Shown here: positions 16,356 through 21,231 of the stretch, piece by piece
Position numbering within the stretch: position 1 is the stretch's first letter
Layout of the letters: every line of letters begins with the position of its first letter
Assembly (NCBI GenBank): GCA_964426185.1
Contig: CAYRPF010000060.1
Location: 1 to 21,231 of the forward strand
Direction: 5' to 3'
Source of the DNA: an uncultured archaeon
Lineage (GTDB): Archaea; Asgardarchaeota; Lokiarchaeia; Sigyniarchaeales; Promethearchaeaceae
DNA length: 21,231 nt
The notes under the pieces: generated by a model
The model's database searches: none
Told to the model about the DNA's origin: nothing
The model's input: the letters and a program-made list of their open reading frames with translations, nothing else
Program-made: the position numbers and the translations under genes

Positions 16356-17762
16356 ATGAATATCGAAGGGCAATCATTTGAAAAATTAGATAGATTTATC
16401 CGAAATTATATGCGAAAAGGGAAGGTTCCTGGTCTCGCCATATCAATCATTCAAGACGGTAATTTAATTTATTCTAAAGGATTCGGTGCCAGAGATTTGG
16501 AAAAAATGCTTCCTATGACACCTCAAACCTTAATTGGAATTGGTAGTGTGACAAAATCATTCACCGCCATGGCGATAATGAAGCTGGTAGAAAAAGAAAA
16601 AATCTCTTTGCATGATTCAGTAGGCAAATATATTCCATCAAAACCCTTTATTGACCATCCTGAAGTAACTATCCGCCATATACTTTCCCATTCATCTGGA
16701 TTTCCCGCTTGCGATGCCAGCCTATTTGAAATGTTTTACTTATTCGGAGATTACACCAGAATTTGCCCGGTTCAATCGCGCGAGCAATTTATTTCTCATC
16801 TTGCTGATGCTGAGGAATTCTACGTTTTTAGACCTGGGGAACATTTTTTTTACAACAATGATATGTATGTATGTTTAGGATTTATTATCGAAGATCTGAC
16901 CGGAATTCCATTTGCACAGTTTATTCAAACTGAAATTTTGGAACCCTTAGAAATTTCTCGATTTGCGTTCACTCCCAACCAGCTCACTTCTCATCCCGAA
17001 AATAATTATATTACCGGCTATCTTCATAAACCAAAAGACAATACTATGGTTCCCACGAAAACACTTCTCCCTATTTTCAAGGAACTGCAAGCTCCAGGGG
17101 GTTTATATATAGCTATGGAGGATATGATGAACTATGCTGAATGTTTGCTCAATCAAGGTCGTTATCGGGATGTCCAGATAATTCAACCTTCATCTATCGA
17201 GGAACTTTGGCAGGGTATGATTGATATGCCTTATGGCTACGGACCAAATCCTCGCTATGGATTGGGTTGGGTTATCGATAGTGATCTATTATCACACACC
17301 GTAATGCATCATGGAGGAGGATTGGGAACAAGTTGTGCCTTTTTTGCCGTAATTCCTGAATTGAAAATTGGTATTTCTGTTGCCCAGAATTGCTGTTCTG
17401 ATTCAGTGGCGAAGGTGGGAAGGGCTGCTTTAGCTTACTTATTAGAACAATCACCAAAAGAAGTATTGCCAGATCTTAGACGGATAGAAATTTTAGAGGA
17501 AATTTGCGGTGAATATCAAGCACCTTACGGCATGTATTCTATGAATGTATCTCAAAAGGGAGGTATAGTTACCGCAAAATTGGAAATAGACGATGGTCAT
17601 TTGGAATTTCCCATTATGCTGGAGAACTGTGATGAATTAAGATTTATTGTTTGCCAATCCACTTCTGTGCAACCTGTTTTCATAGAATTTTATCGCGATA
17701 CAATCAATAAACGAATTGCATTTGCTACTTTTGACCGTTATCTTTATAAAAGGAAATGTTGA
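16356..17762 (+). CDS. Serine hydrolase, beta-lactamase/AmpC-like family (Pab87-type peptidase architecture)
   Basis: SxxK (GSVTKSF), ILSHSSG, YxN (FFYNNDMY), HHGGG, plus an extra beta-rich C-terminal domain; no signal peptide. Confidence 0.9.
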   Translation: MNIEGQSFEKLDRFIRNYMRKGKVPGLAISIIQDGNLIYSKGFGARDLEKMLPMTPQTLIGIGSVTKSFTAMAIMKLVEKEKISLHDSVGKYIPSKPFIDHPEVTIRHILSHSSGFPACDASLFEMFYLFGDYTRICPVQSREQFISHLADAEEFYVFRPGEHFFYNNDMYVCLGFIIEDLTGIPFAQFIQTEILEPLEISRFAFTPNQLTSHPENNYITGYLHKPKDNTMVPTKTLLPIFKELQAPGGLYIAMEDMMNYAECLLNQGRYRDVQIIQPSSIEELWQGMIDMPYGYGPNPRYGLGWVIDSDLLSHTVMHHGGGLGTSCAFFAVIPELKIGISVAQNCCSDSVAKVGRAALAYLLEQSPKEVLPDLRRIEILEEICGEYQAPYGMYSMNVSQKGGIVTAKLEIDDGHLEFPIMLENCDELRFIVCQSTSVQPVFIEFYRDTINKRIAFATFDRYLYKRKC

Positions 17763-17770
17763 AGCGAAAA

Positions 17771-17880
17771 TACTCTTTTTTTATGACTGTACTCTTTCTT
17801 CCTCTTTTTATTCAAGGAAAAGTATCTATAGATAAGAGCAAGGATAAGAAATAAGATAAAAAATAAAATAGAAGAAAAGA
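17771..17880. terminator. Convergent archaeal pyrimidine/U-rich termination region
   Basis: T/C-rich tract on + after the stop at 17762 and an A/G-rich tract (U/C-rich on -) after the stop at 17881. Confidence 0.45.
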
Positions 17881-18861
17881 TTAGAGAGTATTTTCAATAG
17901 AAGATCGGGTCAAATCCTCTGCAAACATGGCCCCTATGCTTCTTTCTCGAGATATGTCAATGTGTGGTAGTTTTTCAAATTCTTTCAATTTAAGTTCAGC
18001 CAATGTTTCAGGGGAGATGGGTGTTGGGATTTCTAATTGCTTGGGATTTTCCATATACGCCTTTAAATCCATTAATGAATGGTGAAAATAGATACCTTCT
18101 GCAATTCTTTCATCAATGGCAACGCCTACATCCACTATCTTATGAATTTCAATTTGATTCGTTTCTTCATTCACCACAGGAAGTTTTCGAATTCGATTTA
18201 ATGTTAAAAAGATTGAAGCATTTCCCCATTCATATAAGTGATGAATAATGGTTCCTGATAGTCCTACAGAACCTAAATTAGCTACGATGGCACTGGAAAA
18301 GAGAGGATCTCCCTCGATAAGATCTTTCGGCATCCATCCCAGAAAATCGAGTAATTTCAAAAATTTTACCAACAACATCAGAATCCATCTGGGCATTTTA
18401 CCAAAAAAATTAATCAAACCTTCAGTATCATTTCCTTTATCGCTTCGAGCTTGGTGAACCAAGTGATGAAATCTATTACGCACACTTTCAATGGTATCGA
18501 AAGGATGAAAATCCATTTTCATCATGGTACTTTTTCCATCTAAAGTAAGGGCTTTCTTAACCACAAAAGCTAGATTAATTCGATTTCTTTGCCAGTATTT
18601 ACGCCCTGAAATAAACCGATTAACCTTTGGATGCAAGGCCATAGAACGGGAAATTGCCAGCAAAAAGACTTGGAACAGAGTTAAACGCTCAGTTTTATCT
18701 AATTTGTGTTCTTTATTGTAATCTTCGATAAAAGGTAGAGTTTTAGAAAGATCGTATTGTGCTGTGTAAAAAACTAAGGAATCACAGCGTCGTTGCATCA
18801 GATGTGCCTCAATATTTTTGAAAGGGGGCAATTTTATTTTGGTTCCGTCATACCGTCCCAT
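17881..18861 (-). CDS. 2-oxo-acid dehydrogenase E2-like (CAT-fold) acyltransferase, catalytic domain only
   Basis: TLFQVFLLAISRSMALHPKVNRFI, SAIVANLGSVG, AIDERIAEG (canonical DHRxxDG). No lipoyl domain. ATG 18861 (MGRYDG) is preferred to 18888. Confidence 0.82.
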   Translation of the reverse strand: MGRYDGTKIKLPPFKNIEAHLMQRRCDSLVFYTAQYDLSKTLPFIEDYNKEHKLDKTERLTLFQVFLLAISRSMALHPKVNRFISGRKYWQRNRINLAFVVKKALTLDGKSTMMKMDFHPFDTIESVRNRFHHLVHQARSDKGNDTEGLINFFGKMPRWILMLLVKFLKLLDFLGWMPKDLIEGDPLFSSAIVANLGSVGLSGTIIHHLYEWGNASIFLTLNRIRKLPVVNEETNQIEIHKIVDVGVAIDERIAEGIYFHHSLMDLKAYMENPKQLEIPTPISPETLAELKLKEFEKLPHIDISRERSIGAMFAEDLTRSSIENTL

Positions 18862-19071
18862 AATTATCTCACAAATATATTTTTGCAATATTTTTATTTA
18901 TATTGATAAATAGTGCTTTAATCAAAAGTTTATTTTAAGAATTAATAAATATATCGAAATGGCAATTACGGTAATAGGATTGCCATGCAAAAAGAAAGAG
19001 AGAAAAAAATTCCACAGTTACGTTTTTTGAATCAATTTGTCAAAAATACATAGTGTGATCTTGAGGGGTTA

Positions 19072-20226
19072 CTAACTAATTTTTTTTGTTTCATCTCCTT
19101 GAATTTTTTGAGTTCCTTCAGCATCATTTTTAATGGTTTGCTCGGTGATCTCTTGAGCGGTACTAAAATATTGGGCGAATCTTTTATTGATTTGCATGTT
19201 TATACGATGTTCACTTGGATCATCACTAAATTTTACCGAAATTTGCTTGGTTATAGTTAAATCTTTTTTTCCTAAATCGAATTTAACATCCAAAACATGC
19301 TGGTCTCCCATCATTTTAAATTTCTTTTCATCCAAATCCAAGCGTAATTTGACCAGAAATTGATATGTATCACCCGCTTCAAATGATCGTAACCATGTCT
19401 TATAATTATACTCCTTTAATTTTCCTCGAACCTTTTCAAAGGGCATTCGAATTATGGTGGGTTTATACTGTACTGCATCATCCACTGTAATTGAACCGGC
19501 TACCGGAATAAGTTCTACGCTTGGTTGACTGAAAATTATACGGGTGGTTTGTTCCGATGCGATGAGCATTTTAGTCTTTAATTCTTCAGCATCTTTGGCA
19601 AAAATATACTTTCCGGTGGATTGTTTGGCAATCTCGTAAAGCAGAAAAACGTTATGCTCTCCCAACGCGCCCACGGTATCTATCGAAGCCTTATATTCCA
19701 ACGCTTCATGGGCCAGCTCAAAATATTTTTGATAGTTGGGATCGGTCTCATCGCCGAGCTTTACCCGAACATCACCTGGTTCACCATCTGTTATAAGGGT
19801 GATCTTTTTGGTGAGTGGTCCTTTGTAATTTCTCACCATTTTAATTCCTTCTTTAAGGGCACCGTATAAAGCAGTTCCTCCCGAAGCTGAGATTTTATCA
19901 ATTAATTCAATAATTTTAGGGCGCGTTTTATTGGTAATTGTTTCATTTCGGATTACTGTTTTAACTTGTGATTGAAAAATTAGTAGATTGAAGTTTGTTT
20001 CAGCGGGTAGTTTTTCTATCTGCTTGATCAAAGATTCTTTTGCTTTTTGAATACGGTTTCCGCTCATAGAACCAGATACATCGAGGAGCCATACCCCGAA
20101 AAATGGTCGGGAAGGAACATCGCGTTCGGGAAGTATTTTGATCTCCAAAATAATTGCCAGTTGTGAAGTAGGCGGAACACAAATTGCAGATTGATTGATG
20201 CTAATAAAAGGAAGATTCATAGCCAT
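19072..20226 (-). CDS. von Willebrand factor A (vWA) domain protein
   Basis: Intact MIDAS: LLDVSGSM, GGTAL, LITDGEP; C-terminal beta-rich region; no signal peptide. Confidence 0.9.
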   Translation of the reverse strand: MAMNLPFISINQSAICVPPTSQLAIILEIKILPERDVPSRPFFGVWLLDVSGSMSGNRIQKAKESLIKQIEKLPAETNFNLLIFQSQVKTVIRNETITNKTRPKIIELIDKISASGGTALYGALKEGIKMVRNYKGPLTKKITLITDGEPGDVRVKLGDETDPNYQKYFELAHEALEYKASIDTVGALGEHNVFLLYEIAKQSTGKYIFAKDAEELKTKMLIASEQTTRIIFSQPSVELIPVAGSITVDDAVQYKPTIIRMPFEKVRGKLKEYNYKTWLRSFEAGDTYQFLVKLRLDLDEKKFKMMGDQHVLDVKFDLGKKDLTITKQISVKFSDDPSEHRINMQINKRFAQYFSTAQEITEQTIKNDAEGTQKIQGDETKKIS

Positions 20227-20267
20227 TTCAAATCACACTTATATTTTGATGTTGAATTCTTAAGTAT

Positions 20268-20618
20268 TTATCCTTCCCACAAATAACTATTCAAATCCAA
20301 CTTCTTATGCGAAGAAAAGATGATTCCCTCGATTTCTAAAGCAGTTTTTTGCTCTTCCCATCCGTTAATTAGGCTGATTTCGCCTTTTGAATTAATTACA
20401 CGGTGCCAAGGTAAATGATATTTTGAAGAGAGTGAATGGAGAATTCGAGAGACTTGTCGTGCTCCTTTTGGATTTCCCGCCATTCGAGCAATCCCCCCAT
20501 AAGTCTGAACTTTTCCTACAGGAATCGCTCTTATTATACGAATTACTTCTTGAGTGAAGGGTTGCAAGCGCTGGAAATCTTCATCGAGAATATCTGATAT
20601 ATCTCTCCTTAAATTCAT
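20268..20618 (-). CDS. atl: Alkyltransferase-like protein (ATL, MGMT family, non-catalytic PWHRV type)
   Basis: IPVGKVQTYGGIA, ARQV, LPWHRVINSKG (Trp in place of the catalytic Cys of PCHRV), LEIEGI. Confidence 0.88.
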   Translation of the reverse strand: MNLRRDISDILDEDFQRLQPFTQEVIRIIRAIPVGKVQTYGGIARMAGNPKGARQVSRILHSLSSKYHLPWHRVINSKGEISLINGWEEQKTALEIEGIIFSSHKKLDLNSYLWEG

Positions 20619-20674
20619 AATTCAATGGTTATCATCCGAGCATTTATATTTTTCATAATTCAATGGTTATCATC
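20614..20674. repeat. Exact 23-bp direct repeat x2 (38-bp period) spanning the atl start codon
   Basis: TTCATAATTCAATGGTTATCATC at 20614-20636 and 20652-20674. Confidence 0.92.
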
Positions 20675-20746
20675 AAGATTGTGCATGATAAAAAGGTTTA
20701 ATTCCTTTAATTAATCAAATTGAATCAACAATCTCAATTATTTTCC

Positions 20747-20781
20747 TTTCATCATGGTACTTTTTCCATCTAAAGTAAGGG
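20747..20781 (+). repeat. Exact 35-bp dispersed copy of 18517-18551 (internal to the E2-like gene)
   Basis: TTTCATCATGGTACTTTTTCCATCTAAAGTAAGGG is identical at both sites, same orientation, 2230 bp apart. Confidence 0.93.
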
Positions 20782-20825
20782 TTTTTAAGAGTAAAAATCT
20801 TTTAAGAGTAAAAGGAATCGATTAT

Positions 20826-21231
20826 ATGGCTGAAAAGCAGATTGTGCAACATAAAAATTATTTTACGTTAATTTTTCTGACATATATTAGTTTACTTCTA
20901 TTTTTAGGAGATATTTTAATTATTTCTATATCAAATCATGAGGAAATCTGGGAAATAATTTCTTTAATGAATCTTGGCGTGATTCTAATAATTTCTGTGA
21001 TAGGATTAGTATTTTGTGTTAAAGAAATAATTCGCCCAACAGGGAGTTTCCATCCCTTGTTTTTCGCACTGAGTCGGATAGAGATTATTTTGGTAATTTT
21101 ATATTTAGTTATAATGTATTTCTATCTTCCTTCAACTTTTGAGCAAGCTTGGTCTTCTATTTTTATGATCTATCCGCTAATTTATGAAATGTCAGGTAAG
21201 AAAAGGTTTTTTTCTCTAAAATCAACTCGAT
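20826..21231 (+). CDS. Hypothetical multi-pass membrane protein (3' end outside window)
   Basis: ATG at 20826 opens MAEKQIVQHKNYFTLIFLTYISLLLFLGDILII..., open to the window edge with 3-4 hydrophobic segments; purine-rich AAAGGAA upstream. Confidence 0.75.
   Translation, partial: MAEKQIVQHKNYFTLIFLTYISLLLFLGDILIISISNHEEIWEIISLMNLGVILIISVIGLVFCVKEIIRPTGSFHPLFFALSRIEIILVILYLVIMYFYLPSTFEQAWSSIFMIYPLIYEMSGKKRFFSLKSTR

Noticed and set aside
16078-16359. 93-aa ORF as a real gene
   Set aside because: It starts inside mntP and only 19 codons look protein-like, so it is treated as a relic.
15785-20182. Short ORFs 15785..15973, 17272..17457, 18003..18248, 18248..18457, 18524..18721, 19621..19869 and 20000..20182 (also 10403..10615)
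   Set aside because: They are antisense or alternate-frame ORFs nested in well-supported genes.
20713-20724. 12-bp inverted match (AATCAAATTGAA) to 18148-18159 in the E2-like gene
   Set aside because: It is too short and AT-rich to distinguish from chance.
20614-20813. CRISPR array with a self-targeting 35-bp spacer
   Set aside because: The 35-bp segment is not bracketed by identical repeats. The 23-bp and 14-bp repeats are unrelated to each other.

Overview
AT-rich archaeal chromosome segment, most consistent with an Asgard (Lokiarchaeia-like) archaeon. That assignment is an inference from archaeal-type uS10, eS25 and two proteins closely resembling eukaryotic Bud23. From left to right: an edge-truncated modular secreted protein missed by the ORF track (signal peptide, 2 beta-rich repeats, 3 PPC-like repeats, TTDDT stalk); two tandem paralogous 3-TM membrane proteins; an AAA_14/DUF4143 ATPase preceded by three palindromes spaced exactly 23 bp apart; convergent tRNA-Gly(TCC) and tRNA-Ser(CGA); two tandem paralogous papain/C39-like cysteine proteases of unknown family; a translation cluster (bpsA, rps25e, two tandem Bud23-like methyltransferases, a structured ~140-nt region, stand-alone rps10); and accessory genes (iron-sulfur flavoprotein, orphan DNA methyltransferase, CruF-like protein, mntP, serine hydrolase plus a paralog relic, E2-like acyltransferase, vWA protein, ATL, truncated membrane protein). 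The strongest leads are the Bud23 doublet among small-subunit head protein genes, the protease doublet, the phased palindrome array, and an exact 35-bp copy of coding sequence placed in an intergenic region 2.2 kb away. Family assignments come from motif recognition by eye; no searches were run.
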